A DNA stretch of 64,000 nt, taken from contig CAZSMO010000008.1 of the NCBI GenBank assembly GCA_964608175.1, positions 10,291 through 74,290 of the forward strand. Direction: 5' to 3'. The position numbers were made by a program, and so were the translations under genes. Source of the DNA: an uncultured Muribaculaceae bacterium (GTDB taxonomy: Bacteria; Bacteroidota; Bacteroidia; Bacteroidales; UBA932). Shown here in pieces: positions 49,356 through 60,200 of this stretch. The notes beneath the pieces were generated by a model. That model worked only from the letters and a program-made list of their open reading frames with translations. It had not been told where the DNA came from and did no database searches. Every line of letters starts with the position of its first letter. Positions within the stretch are counted from its first letter, which is position 1.

Positions 49356-50204
49356 CTAATTTATCTCGTGGGGTTGTTCTTTAAGCACTCCGGTCGAGAG
49401 AAGGTAATCTTCAGCCTCTGTAAGTCCGCCGCATTTCTTGATGGCAGTCTCGCAGGTAGCATAATCCAGGGTTGGATTGCGCTCCACCATGGTACGGGTC
49501 AGACGGTCAACCACCTTGTTGTTAATAAGGTGGGCGTGTACCATACGGTTACCCTGAACCCTGCCGAGACGGCACATGACGGTAGTGCTAATCATATCAC
49601 AGATGAGTTTCTGCGAAGTGCCGGACTTCATGCGGGTGGAGCCGGTGATAAACTCCGGTCCGGTAATGACCTCAACGGGGTAATCGGAATACCGGGAAAT
49701 TGGGGAATTGGGGTTATTGACAAATGAGCCGGTAGGGATTCCATGCTCTTTGCATGCTTTTAGCGCAGCCAGCACATAGGGAGTATTTCCGCTCGCAGAG
49801 ATTCCTACCACGATATCCTTTGGTGAAATGTGCTTTTCCTGCAAAGTCCTCCAACCTTCTTCGGTATCATCCTCAGCCTCTTCGAGATCCTGTACGAGAT
49901 TCTCTACCCCTCCTGCCAGCACGCACTGAAACATGTCGGGATCCACCCCGTAGGTATTAGGAATTTCGAGGATGTCGAGCACCGCCAGTTTGCCACCGGT
50001 CCCGCAACCGAGATAAAACATTCGTCCCCCGCCCCTTATCTGATGATCAATCGCGCAGACGAGCTTCTCAAGGTCAGGAAGGACCTTCTCGATAGCCAGA
50101 GGGACCTTCTTGTCCTCCTCATTGATTTCACGCAGCAGTTCCGCCACACTCTTCTTCTCCAAATTGTCGTGCAGAGAAGGCTGTTCAGTCATTCTTAATG
50201 CCAT
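49356..50204 (-). CDS. murQ: MurQ-like sugar-phosphate etherase (SIS domain), divergent
   Basis: EAEDD, GISASGNTPYV, TGPEFITGSTRMKSGTSQK; the canonical [15 protein letters not shown] is replaced by GCGTGGKLAVLDILE. Confidence 0.8.
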   Translation of the reverse strand: MALRMTEQPSLHDNLEKKSVAELLREINEEDKKVPLAIEKVLPDLEKLVCAIDHQIRGGGRMFYLGCGTGGKLAVLDILEIPNTYGVDPDMFQCVLAGGVENLVQDLEEAEDDTEEGWRTLQEKHISPKDIVVGISASGNTPYVLAALKACKEHGIPTGSFVNNPNSPISRYSDYPVEVITGPEFITGSTRMKSGTSQKLICDMISTTVMCRLGRVQGNRMVHAHLINNKVVDRLTRTMVERNPTLDYATCETAIKKCGGLTEAEDYLLSTGVLKEQPHEIN

Positions 50205-50216
50205 AGTATAAATTAT

Positions 50217-52064
50217 TTAATCAATCCATTTTTTTGTCTTCACATCCCCTATTCTCTTCCCGTCCCGAAAAGCCGCCGCGCTGACGACTTGCGAGCGGTT
50301 TATGGTGAAGGGAAGCTCATACACAGGAGACTGAGCCGTGGGTTCCGATCCATCGAGAGTATAATGTATCTGCGAATCAGGAGCGTCCACACTCATAGTT
50401 ACCACCTTGTCGTATTTCGTGTCGGGATTAAACTTAATGTAGGGAGCGAAGAAATTGCGGCAGTAAGCCACATGCAGGGCATCAAGCCGTTTAAGATGCC
50501 TCTCCAACCTTCTCGTGAAGCCGTCCCAGTCCTTGGGTGAAGTACTCCAGCCGGATTCCGCGATGGCGCACATCCTCGGCCAGGCCATATATTCGACCCT
50601 TGCAGGGGTTGGCATATATTCGGTCCAGACGCAGCCCTCAACGCCGATGATATAGCGTCTTTCTTCAGAAGTAAGCACAGCGGGCACAGGGTCGTAGTCA
50701 TAAACGGTCTTTAGCAGAGTGGGGCCATCCATGGCAAGGGGTTCACTGTCAGGGTCGCCCTGCCAGTAATCCAAATAATATTTGGGATAAGGAGCCATCA
50801 CGGCCTCATGGTGCATCTGCGCTGCCTTTATCCCGCCTTCCTCTCCAAGCCAGGACATCACCTTGGCATTGGGAGCGAGACCTCCCTGGAGGATTTCGTC
50901 CCAACCGATAATCTCATGCCCCTTGGAATTGATATACCGCTCCATCCTAGTGATGAACCAGCTCTGAAGCTCGTATTCATCCTTTAGGCCTAGCTTTCGG
51001 ATAAGGGCCTGACAATGCGGGCATTGTCTCCATGCCGCCTTGGGACACTCGTCCCCGCCAATGTGCACGAGTTTAGAGGGGAAGAGTTCAAAGACCTCAT
51101 CCATCACATTCTCAAGGAAGTGGAAAGTAGTGTCCTTAGGGCAGAAAACCTGCTTGAACACTCCCCATTTCGTGGCAGTCTCGTACACACTGTCAAGTCC
51201 ACAGCTCAGCTCGGGGTAGCAGGCAATTGCTGCAAGGGCGTGTCCGGGCATTTCGATTTCGGGAATTATGGTCACATATCTCTGTGCGGCATACTCCACA
51301 AGTTCCCTGACCTGCTCCTGGGTGTAATACCCGCCATAAGGCTCGCCGTCATAGATTCCGGATTTCAAGGACCCTATCACGGTCTCCTTACGCCACTGCC
51401 CCTTCTCCGTAAGAAGAGGGTAGCGTTTGATCTCGAGCCTCCAGCCCTGATCCTCCGTGAGATGCCAGTGAAAACGGTTCACCTTATGCAGAGCCATGAG
51501 GTCGATATATCTCTTGAGAAAGCCGATATCGTAGTAGTGCAGGCAGCAGTCGAGATGCATCCCCCTGTACTTAAAGCGGGGCGCATCATCAATGGAGCAG
51601 CACGGCACTTCCCAGCGCACTCCCCTCTGACGGCTGTCAGCGAAAATCTCAACGGGAAGCAGCTGCAGTAGGGTCTGGAGGGCGTAGAAAGCTCCAGCAG
51701 GGTCACCATAGTCTATCACTATCCGGTGTGGCTGGACATTAATTCCATAAGCCTCGGAAGGAAGGCCCGCATTCATGAAGAAAATCCCTTCATCTGCAGA
51801 GAGGTCATCCGTGAGAACAAGCGTAAATCCAGCCGCCTTTTCCAAATGGTCGTTGAGAAACTCTGCCGTACGGATAATGGTGGAATCCCACTCGTGCAAG
51901 ACGATGGGGACTTTCCGAGTGATGGCAAAGCTGCCCTCATCCAAGCGCACATGTGCAGGCTGCGGGATGACGCTCACTTCAAGCGGGGTCTTCGGGCTCG
52001 AAGCGCACCCTGCCGCAAGCACGGCGATGAAGGATATGAATATGTATCTTAAGCCTTTCACCAT
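50217..52064 (-). CDS. GH20 beta-N-acetylhexosaminidase with C-terminal chitobiase/FN3-like domain
   Basis: HWHLTEDQGWR, PEIEMPGH, HIGGDE, GWDE and IHYTLDGSEP. Confidence 0.94.
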   Translation of the reverse strand: MVKGLRYIFISFIAVLAAGCASSPKTPLEVSVIPQPAHVRLDEGSFAITRKVPIVLHEWDSTIIRTAEFLNDHLEKAAGFTLVLTDDLSADEGIFFMNAGLPSEAYGINVQPHRIVIDYGDPAGAFYALQTLLQLLPVEIFADSRQRGVRWEVPCCSIDDAPRFKYRGMHLDCCLHYYDIGFLKRYIDLMALHKVNRFHWHLTEDQGWRLEIKRYPLLTEKGQWRKETVIGSLKSGIYDGEPYGGYYTQEQVRELVEYAAQRYVTIIPEIEMPGHALAAIACYPELSCGLDSVYETATKWGVFKQVFCPKDTTFHFLENVMDEVFELFPSKLVHIGGDECPKAAWRQCPHCQALIRKLGLKDEYELQSWFITRMERYINSKGHEIIGWDEILQGGLAPNAKVMSWLGEEGGIKAAQMHHEAVMAPYPKYYLDYWQGDPDSEPLAMDGPTLLKTVYDYDPVPAVLTSEERRYIIGVEGCVWTEYMPTPARVEYMAWPRMCAIAESGWSTSPKDWDGFTRRLERHLKRLDALHVAYCRNFFAPYIKFNPDTKYDKVVTMSVDAPDSQIHYTLDGSEPTAQSPVYELPFTINRSQVVSAAAFRDGKRIGDVKTKKWID

Positions 52065-53887
52065 CAGAACTGTTTTTGTACCGCCTTCCCAACCGGCTTC
52101 CCACTGGGAGTGAATCCCTGGGCCCGGACAAGGGTCCCTGGAAGGGGAGTGAATACTTCAGTAAATACCGGGGACAAAGCTGTAGGAGCACTCCCATCGA
52201 GGGTATAATGGATTACAGCATCAGGATACGAGAGACGGAGATCGGCCTCATCCGGACGCTTCCTGGTAATGCTGTCGTAATTGAATATCACATTCCAGTA
52301 GGCACTGCTGTACCCCACTCCAAGGGCATCGAGTCTTTGGAAGGACTTTTCAAGACGGGAGCGGAAAGAATCCCAGTCCTTACTCTCGCGAGCCGTCCAG
52401 CCATCTTCGGCAAGGGCTATGGCGCGGGGAAATGCGAGATATTCCGCTCTATCGGAATTCTCACAATACTCACCCCAGATGCAGCCCTCAACCCCGATTA
52501 TATACTTTTCTGAAAGTTCCTGCAGAGAGTCCACACATGGGTAGTAGGAATATACCTTTTCGAGAGGGAGGAAGAGCGACTGGCTCTTGTGCTCGGTTTC
52601 GGGGTCTTCCTGATAGTAATCCAGGTAGCACCAACGGTTCGGAGCGAGGACTACCCTATTGCCGCGCCTGATACCCCGAGCTGCCGGGGCGTGTCCGCGA
52701 TAAGATTCGGCTATCATCCCAGGGACAGCTCCTCCATCGAGAATCTCATCCCACCCCATGACTGTCTTTCCATTGGCACTAAGGAAATTACCTATACGGT
52801 TCACAAAGAAAGTCTGCAAATCGTCATAACTGTCTATTCCGAGCACCGTCATCAGATTGCGGCAGTAGCTGCTGTTTTTCCATGCTGTCTTGGGACATTC
52901 GTCTCCTCCAATGTGGTAAACCGGTGAAGGGAAGAGTTCAAAAAGCTCCCTGAATACATCCTCCAGGAAAGTGAAAGTCGCGGCACTGGGGCAATACACA
53001 TCTTCCTTGACTCCCCAGCTCGTGGCTACGCTATAGGTCTTCGCAGTATCGCAGGAGAGTTCCGGGTAGGCGGCCAAAGCCGCAGTGGAATGTCCCGGGA
53101 GCTCAATCTCGGGGATAACAGTCACCATCCGGCGACGGGCATACTCCACGACCTCCCTCACATCATCTTGGGTATAATAGCCCTCAACTGGTTTTCCATC
53201 GGGATTTTCCCCGTGATAATCAGCGGTAAACGGCCTCTTGGAACCCACCTCGGTAAGACGGGGATATTTCTTAATCTCAATCCTCCAGCCCGAATCCTCG
53301 GTAAGATGCCAGTGAAAGATATTCTGCTTGTACCCTGACATCACATCGATGAACTTCAGAATGGTCTCCTTGGGGATAAAATATCTCCCGCAATCCAGCA
53401 TCAGCCCCCTATACTCAAATTGCGGAGCATCTTCGATATAGCAGCAGGCAGCCTTCCACTTCACTCCCCTGACCTTGGTCGGGGAGCAGATGGAGGCGGG
53501 GAAAAGTTGAAGCAGCGACTGCGCTCCATAAAATGCCCCGGCAGGAGCAGATGCCTCAATCAGGACCGCATCCCGACTGACTGTAAGGCGGTATTCTTCA
53601 TCCCCAAGTCCATCAACTCGCACAAAGGAGATACCTGCGCTCCCAGCGGTGTTCACCTTGATACGATAGCCGGTGGAGGCACTTACCCTTACAGCGAAAT
53701 CTTCCGCCACTTCGGCAAACAGCGGGTCTACAGAAATACCCGTCCTAGCTGTAAGGGTGAATTCCCCTTGCCTCTGCTCCAAAGACTTCGGGGCGGGGAT
53801 GATGTCATAGCGTCCCGGGGCAGCATGCAGAGCCGTCGCGAAGACAAGCGGCAGTATCACCGCGAAAAGTGTCCTAATCCGATTCAT
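52064..53887 (-). CDS. GH20 beta-N-acetylhexosaminidase (second paralog)
   Basis: HWHLTEDSGWR, PEIELPGH, HIGGDE and GWDE. Confidence 0.94.
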   Translation of the reverse strand: MNRIRTLFAVILPLVFATALHAAPGRYDIIPAPKSLEQRQGEFTLTARTGISVDPLFAEVAEDFAVRVSASTGYRIKVNTAGSAGISFVRVDGLGDEEYRLTVSRDAVLIEASAPAGAFYGAQSLLQLFPASICSPTKVRGVKWKAACCYIEDAPQFEYRGLMLDCGRYFIPKETILKFIDVMSGYKQNIFHWHLTEDSGWRIEIKKYPRLTEVGSKRPFTADYHGENPDGKPVEGYYTQDDVREVVEYARRRMVTVIPEIELPGHSTAALAAYPELSCDTAKTYSVATSWGVKEDVYCPSAATFTFLEDVFRELFELFPSPVYHIGGDECPKTAWKNSSYCRNLMTVLGIDSYDDLQTFFVNRIGNFLSANGKTVMGWDEILDGGAVPGMIAESYRGHAPAARGIRRGNRVVLAPNRWCYLDYYQEDPETEHKSQSLFLPLEKVYSYYPCVDSLQELSEKYIIGVEGCIWGEYCENSDRAEYLAFPRAIALAEDGWTARESKDWDSFRSRLEKSFQRLDALGVGYSSAYWNVIFNYDSITRKRPDEADLRLSYPDAVIHYTLDGSAPTALSPVFTEVFTPLPGTLVRAQGFTPSGKPVGKAVQKQF

Positions 53888-55269
53888 AACGAAGGTTCCT
53901 GCTGAATTGCATCGGCTATAGTTTTCTCCACACCATGCAGATAACTGTCCGGCATCGTTGAGGAAAGAGGATACGGGGCCTTGATATAGATATGCATCTG
54001 TTCAGTCTCATACTCATAGCCTTTATGTACCTGATAGGCCCGTTTCGAGGGGAGATAGGAATTTTGTCCGTTGGTGTAGCCGGCAAAGAAAATTGTCCTG
54101 TCAGGGAAGGCGGCACGGGTTTCCATCTGATACTCACAGAAAGGCTCTCCATCGGAGAAGAAGAAAAGCACCCCGTTGACATCAAGGGCATGGAGGTGAT
54201 AACGGAGTTTGGATGGGACTTCTCCATGTGTGAACCTGTCCAAAATCTCCTTCTCCCATCTTCTCACATCATCTCCAAACGAAGCCGACACCTTGGAGGC
54301 CGTAGCCGCAAGCGAATCAGCGTGGTGCATTACCGCCTCAGGGGTTATGGAGTCAATCTGATACGGCAAATCAACCGTCTCATTCACAAGGTTCAGATAG
54401 CCTGCGTCCGGGATTTTTCTAAAAGACATTCCGACAAGGGAATCCGCGAGAGACTTACCGCATTGCCCTGCATAAGTGCTGTCGCGAGGTCCGAGAACAG
54501 GATCCATATTGCCGGCAGCTCCAGTGAGTTGGAACACCTCCCCTCCCCAAGCCTTCGAAAGGTATCTTGCCGCAACTCCGGGATAGTCAGAGGACAGGGC
54601 GAGGCTCTTCGGTCCCATGCAGACAGGGTGACAGGCGAGGTTGACGATAGAGACTCTGACCCTTCCTTTTTGGAGAAATCTTGCCACATATACATCGTGG
54701 TCCACGGGGCCGCCCTTCTCGCAACGATTGGCATTGATGGAGGTATGCGCTTTACCAACTTCCATGGTAAAGGGAGCAAAGGCGCGCTCATCAGTAATGG
54801 CCTGCACAGCATTTGACACAACGGTCTCCACCATCCTAATCTTCCATGCACGGTTCGTTCCACCTTCCTGTATGGAAGGCCCGCCAGAGCGCGGTGCCGA
54901 ATGGGTGTGGATGCAATGCATCAGGATTCTGTCTTTGGGAAAGCCAGCCCTCTCGGAAATCATTGTCCTTATCGTGTCCGAAATTGCGGGAGAAAGTTCC
55001 ATGAGGTCATTTGAGATAAGGCATACCTGCTCTCCACCGGGCTCTTTCAGCACGAGACAGTGGGTATAGATTTTCTGATGTATTCCATCCGACAGCTTGT
55101 TTCGCGCCGCAAAACCAGCGAGGATAGTGTGCTCCTCGGGAGTTGTGGAAATGTCAGCCGAGCGGTAACTCATCTCAAGCGAGGGCTTCCCGCTGCAACT
55201 GAAAAGCCCGGTCAGCAGGGCGATACAGAGACAATATCCGATAAGTCTTTTCATCACTGAATGTTGCAA
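53884..55269 (-). CDS. Neutral/alkaline ceramidase-like amidohydrolase lipoprotein
   Basis: LAGFAAR, HCIHTHSAP, ACHPV, SSDYPG, GEPF and AGYTNG...YLP; lipobox LFSC. Confidence 0.72.
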   Translation of the reverse strand: MQHSVMKRLIGYCLCIALLTGLFSCSGKPSLEMSYRSADISTTPEEHTILAGFAARNKLSDGIHQKIYTHCLVLKEPGGEQVCLISNDLMELSPAISDTIRTMISERAGFPKDRILMHCIHTHSAPRSGGPSIQEGGTNRAWKIRMVETVVSNAVQAITDERAFAPFTMEVGKAHTSINANRCEKGGPVDHDVYVARFLQKGRVRVSIVNLACHPVCMGPKSLALSSDYPGVAARYLSKAWGGEVFQLTGAAGNMDPVLGPRDSTYAGQCGKSLADSLVGMSFRKIPDAGYLNLVNETVDLPYQIDSITPEAVMHHADSLAATASKVSASFGDDVRRWEKEILDRFTHGEVPSKLRYHLHALDVNGVLFFFSDGEPFCEYQMETRAAFPDRTIFFAGYTNGQNSYLPSKRAYQVHKGYEYETEQMHIYIKAPYPLSSTMPDSYLHGVEKTIADAIQQEPSL

Positions 55270-55285
55270 ACAGAAAGAATAGAAC

Positions 55286-57292
55286 CTAGTATCCCGGATT
55301 CTGGACTATTGTGCCGCCTGCCTTTGAAATCTCATTTGCGGGAATCGGCATCAGGTAATTGGGCCATTCTCCGTCCACCTTGTAGAAATGCTTCTGCGTA
55401 GGAGGGACCGTCAGGCAGCAGTCACCATAGTCAACCCAATAGTCCTTGCCGAGCCAGTGGTACTTGATGCACGAGCCGTCAATTTCGACTGCCCCATCCG
55501 AATCATCATGTGCAGCTTGGAAAATGTCCTTGCCGTTAGCCTCTATATAGGTGGTTCGTTGTGAGCTATTTGGCCAATAGTAGCAGCTGTGAGTGAGTGC
55601 CTCATCATATGGGTGCGCGACCCTGTAGACGGTGTCGACCCCTACTCCGTTGGAATCCTGGAACACCATCGTTCTCATACCGGCAACGGGGATATTCTCA
55701 TAGAATGGAGCAGTTTTCCACCTGCGCACATCAAAATACCTGAAATACTCGAAAGCGAACTCAACCCTGCGCTCGTTCACCAACCTGTCCCAAAGGGATT
55801 CTCCGGATTCAGTAACTGCAGGCATCTGCACATCCTCACGGGCGCGTACCTTATTGATATATTCGCGGCAAAGGGCCTCATTGCCAGTCATATATGCGCA
55901 CTCGGCATAGTTGAGGTAAATCTCCGCAAGACGGAACCAAGGATATAGCACGCTCCCGGTCTGTGCCTCGGTAATGGGCTCGGTGGGGATATACCACTTC
56001 ATTAGATTGAGTCCGAGGTGATTGGTCGCATTCCACATGTGCTTGGACTTTGAGGAGAAGTCCGGCTCGGTCTTGCCTTCGGCAAAGTCATCCCTTGTCA
56101 CACCCTGATAATAGAGGGAGAGGTCCAGGACATTGTCGTGATAGCCGCTGTTGTCGGTATTGGGGTAGTTGCACCAGGGAGAGGCAATCGTCTTGTAGAA
56201 TCGGGGATCCCTGCCTTCGTAGGGTTTGGTTGGATCATATCCCGAACCTTCTTCGAATATCTTCTTCCCGTTTGCCATCTCATAGTCGATGACCATTGAC
56301 TGTGAGGGGAAAATTGCATCCCAGCCGTTGAAATATGTCACGCTGTAGAGAAGTTGGGCCTTCTTCGTGGAATTGTCATTGGCATCCGAATTGAGAATGA
56401 AATACTTGGCCCATATAATCTCTGGAGAGTCTTCGTCCTTCCAGAAACCATCATAAGTATCGTCTAACTGATATGCTCCATCTACATCTGCCCTGTCAAC
56501 CATCCGTTTGGACGCATTAAGGGCACGAGTCCATTTGTCCGCACTATACTGCCCGCGAAAGATATTCCCTTCGGGACGTGTCGGATCGTTGAATAGCGGG
56601 GATGCTGCTACAAGGGTAATACGGCTTCTGAGAGCCAGGGCGACATCCTTGTTGGCACGCCCTTGCACGGCATTCGCCTTGTCCGGAAGCAAACTCTCGG
56701 CCTGATCAAGGTCGGATAGAATGAAGTCTATACAGTCATCAAAAGTATCGCGGGTGGCATTGAAAGTATCCGAAAGCTTGTAAGCTTTGGAGACAATAGG
56801 AACTCCCCCATAGCGCTGTACGAGATTTGAGTATGCCCAAGCCCTCAGGAAATAAACTTCGCCCTTGAGCCGGCTGATGTCCTCGGTGGAAATCGAAGTA
56901 CCGTTCTCATCCACATACTCAAGAAAGTAATTCATCTTGTAGATGAACTCGTAAGTCCTGTTCCAGATATTCAGAATGGTTGTACGGGTGCTGTGGGCAG
57001 GGCCTCCTTCACTTTGGTACATAACATTGTCGGGGGTCATCGTTCCCGAAGCAATGTAACGCGTAGAAGTGCCTCCATAGCGGAAATACCCTTCATCAGT
57101 GATGCATGACAGATTTCCCTCCTGGAAGGGATCGGGAAGCACAGAGTACAAAGCATTGATATAGCTCTCCGCCAATGCCTCACTGTTGAACACATCCTTT
57201 TCGGAAAGTCTGTCAAGTGGCTGCTTGTCAAGCACATCGGTACAGGAGGCAAGGAGCACAAGAGTCGAAAGTATAGCTAATATCTTTTTCAT
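55286..57292 (-). CDS. RagB/SusD family lipoprotein
   Basis: Lipobox LASC, FRLAEIYLNYAE and NERRVEFAFEYFRYFDVRRW; likely start 57292. Confidence 0.95.
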   Translation of the reverse strand: MKKILAILSTLVLLASCTDVLDKQPLDRLSEKDVFNSEALAESYINALYSVLPDPFQEGNLSCITDEGYFRYGGTSTRYIASGTMTPDNVMYQSEGGPAHSTRTTILNIWNRTYEFIYKMNYFLEYVDENGTSISTEDISRLKGEVYFLRAWAYSNLVQRYGGVPIVSKAYKLSDTFNATRDTFDDCIDFILSDLDQAESLLPDKANAVQGRANKDVALALRSRITLVAASPLFNDPTRPEGNIFRGQYSADKWTRALNASKRMVDRADVDGAYQLDDTYDGFWKDEDSPEIIWAKYFILNSDANDNSTKKAQLLYSVTYFNGWDAIFPSQSMVIDYEMANGKKIFEEGSGYDPTKPYEGRDPRFYKTIASPWCNYPNTDNSGYHDNVLDLSLYYQGVTRDDFAEGKTEPDFSSKSKHMWNATNHLGLNLMKWYIPTEPITEAQTGSVLYPWFRLAEIYLNYAECAYMTGNEALCREYINKVRAREDVQMPAVTESGESLWDRLVNERRVEFAFEYFRYFDVRRWKTAPFYENIPVAGMRTMVFQDSNGVGVDTVYRVAHPYDEALTHSCYYWPNSSQRTTYIEANGKDIFQAAHDDSDGAVEIDGSCIKYHWLGKDYWVDYGDCCLTVPPTQKHFYKVDGEWPNYLMPIPANEISKAGGTIVQNPGY

Positions 57293-57299
57293 GGTGATT

Positions 57300-60200
57300 C
57301 TAGAATGAAAGTTTGACACCTGCGTTAAAAATCTTCATCTGGGGGTAAGTCTGGTACGACTCGTCAGAAGTCTCAGGGTCGACATTCTTAAGACCGGAGA
57401 AGGTCAAAAGGTTGTATCCTGCGATGTAGACTCTCAAAGATGATACTTTTAGTCTCTCAAAGACTGGATTGCGGGGGACGGTATAGCCGAGTTCGACATT
57501 TTTGAGACGAAGGAAGGAGGCATCCCTGTAGTAGAACGATGAGCGGTTCACGCCTCCGTTGGAAACATTCGAGCCAAGTCGAGGATAATTGGAAGCCGTG
57601 TTGTCTAGAGTCCAAGCCTTTTCCGCGGCTTCTCTCTCTACATTTCCAGAAACCGGATCCATCAGGGGCGCGTAGTAGAATCTGGCTCTCCCCTGCCCTT
57701 GAAGCAGCATCGTGAAGTCAAAATTCTTCCACTGCGCTTCCATATTGAGTCCGAACACAATCTCGGGCACTGCCGTCAGGTCACATCTCTTGCGGTCGTA
57801 AGAGGTAATCTTCCCATCTCCATCCAAGTCCTTGAAGATGAAGTCTCCGAGGGTCGCACCGGACATCTGGGGATAGTTGTCGAGGTCCTCCTGGGTCTTG
57901 TTGATGCCAATTACTTGATAGTAAAGGCCGGCTCCCATCGGATGGCCTGTCCTGTTCATATACTCATGGCCCTCACCCCAGGGAGTCTCGTCCATGTAGT
58001 CAATAGTGTTCTTAACATACATGAAGTTACCGGTGACGTGATACCTCAACTGATTCCCTACTACACTGAGATTGTTCTCGTGATTGAGCTGAAGTTCGAT
58101 ACCTCTGTTGCTGACCTTACCGATATTCTCATCTGGCAGATTGTTGGTAAGGCCTGTATAATAAGGGATAGAGGCGTTCAGTGTCATAAGGATATTGGAC
58201 CGTTTCGTGCTGAATGCTTCGAGTTCCCAGCCGAACAAGCCGTTGTTGATGCTGCCGTCAAGTCCAATATTGACCGTTTTGGCGACTTCCCAGGTGACAT
58301 TCTCGTTGGGGACGGTTCCCGGAATTATGAAGCTGACGTCTTTGCCTCCAAAACGCATCCTGTAAGAAGACCTGCCGGTGTACAGATAGGTTGTCATGTA
58401 CTGGAAAGCATCGATGGAATCATTTCCTTGCTCGCCATACGAAGCCCTGAGTTTCAGGTTGGTAAGCCAGGGAAGAGCATCCTTCACGAAGGGTTCTTCC
58501 GAGATTCTCCAGCCTGCGGAGACTCCGGGGAAGAATCCCCATTTGTGCCCTGGGGCGAATTTCTCGGAGCCATCGAACCTGCCGATAAACTGCACCATAT
58601 ACTTGCTATTGTAGTCGTAGCCGAATCTGCCGAACCAGCTCTCACGCCCCGTTTCAGCCGCTTGCCCCGTTATTGAGTAATAATCCTTGTCTGCACTTCC
58701 GGCATAGAATTCATCCCTCAAATCCGAATCGTATTGATTGATTCCTGCGGTGAAATAGTCTCTGCGGTCACTCGCCCTTTCATAACCAACGAGGCCTGTC
58801 AGATGATGGCCGTTAAAAGTCCTGTCATAATTGACGGTGGCGTTGACTGTGGTGTTGTGGTAATTGGTCTGGTACTCGTGGAGCACGGGAGTAGGCCAAT
58901 ACGACATGGTTCTTTCTTCATAGAGTTCGGTAACCTCATCGTAGGACCAATAGTGCCAGTTCTTCTGCCAATTCTTGCGGAAAGTTCCAACGACATCGTA
59001 AGCGAGCGTCCCGTTAACCGAGAGTCCCTTGGTGATGGAACTGAGATCCCAGTCGGCGGTAAAGGTAGTATTGACAGTGTTGTATGTAGTGCGGTCGTAA
59101 CCGGTCAGATCCTGTACGAGGACGACGGGGTTGGTGCCGCCTCTGATGTAGCCGTTGGGATAGTAAGGAGCTCCGGTAGGCTTCAGTCTCGTGGCGATAT
59201 AGAAAATCCCATAGCTGTCGGAAGGAAAGGCGGAGTAGTTCTTGTGCTGCTGGCGTGCATTGAGTCCAATCCCAAGCTTTAGGGTCTTGGTGACATTGAT
59301 GTCTATGTTGGAGCGGATGTTGTACTGATTGTAATTGGTGGCACTCTTGTGATAGATACCATCCTGATACTGACCGTTCAACTCCACGAAGTAAGCCACC
59401 CTGTCACTTCCTCCCGAGATGGTCACCCCGTAGCGATGCTGGGAGGAAACCTTCTTAATGGTCTCTTCAAACCAGTCTGTATTGGGATAGTTGATAAGGT
59501 CGTCCCCATCCTCATAATGCTTCAGCTGTGTCTCATTGTACATGGGAGAGGCTCCCGTGATGGCCAATTCGGCATTGTAGGCATGGGTATAAAGCACGGC
59601 ATCAGCCATATCCACAAGGCGAGTGGGGGTCTGAAGTCCAAGGTCGTAACTGAAAGTCACTTTGGGAGCCTCTCCGAGCTTCCCTCTCTTGGTGGTCACA
59701 AGGATAACACCATTTGCCGAGCGGGAGCCGTAGATGGCACCGGATGCATCTTTCAGGACATTGACACTCTCAATCTCATCTGCTGAAAGCCGGCTGAACT
59801 CATCGGAGCGTCCGGGAATCCCATCAATGATGATTAGAGGAGTATTGTCCCCAGTGGTGCTGCGACCTCTGATAAACATCACGGCATCATCCTTTCCCGG
59901 CTCTCCAGAGCGGTTATTAATGATAACCCCTGAAAGACGGCCTGCAAGTCCCTGGGACAGGTTGACGGAAGAGTTTTTGGTAAGTTCCCGTCCGGAAGTC
60001 TGTGCTACGGAACCGGTGATAGTCAGTTTGCTCTGTGTACCATAGCCCATAACCACAACCTCATCGAGCACCCTGTTGTCGGGCTCGAGTATAAAATCTA
60101 TTTTGCCTCGCCCGTTTACGCCAGTCTCCTGTTCCTTGAAGCCGAGGAGACTTACGACCAGGACTGCATTGGAAGGGACCTTGATTGAATAGATGCCATA

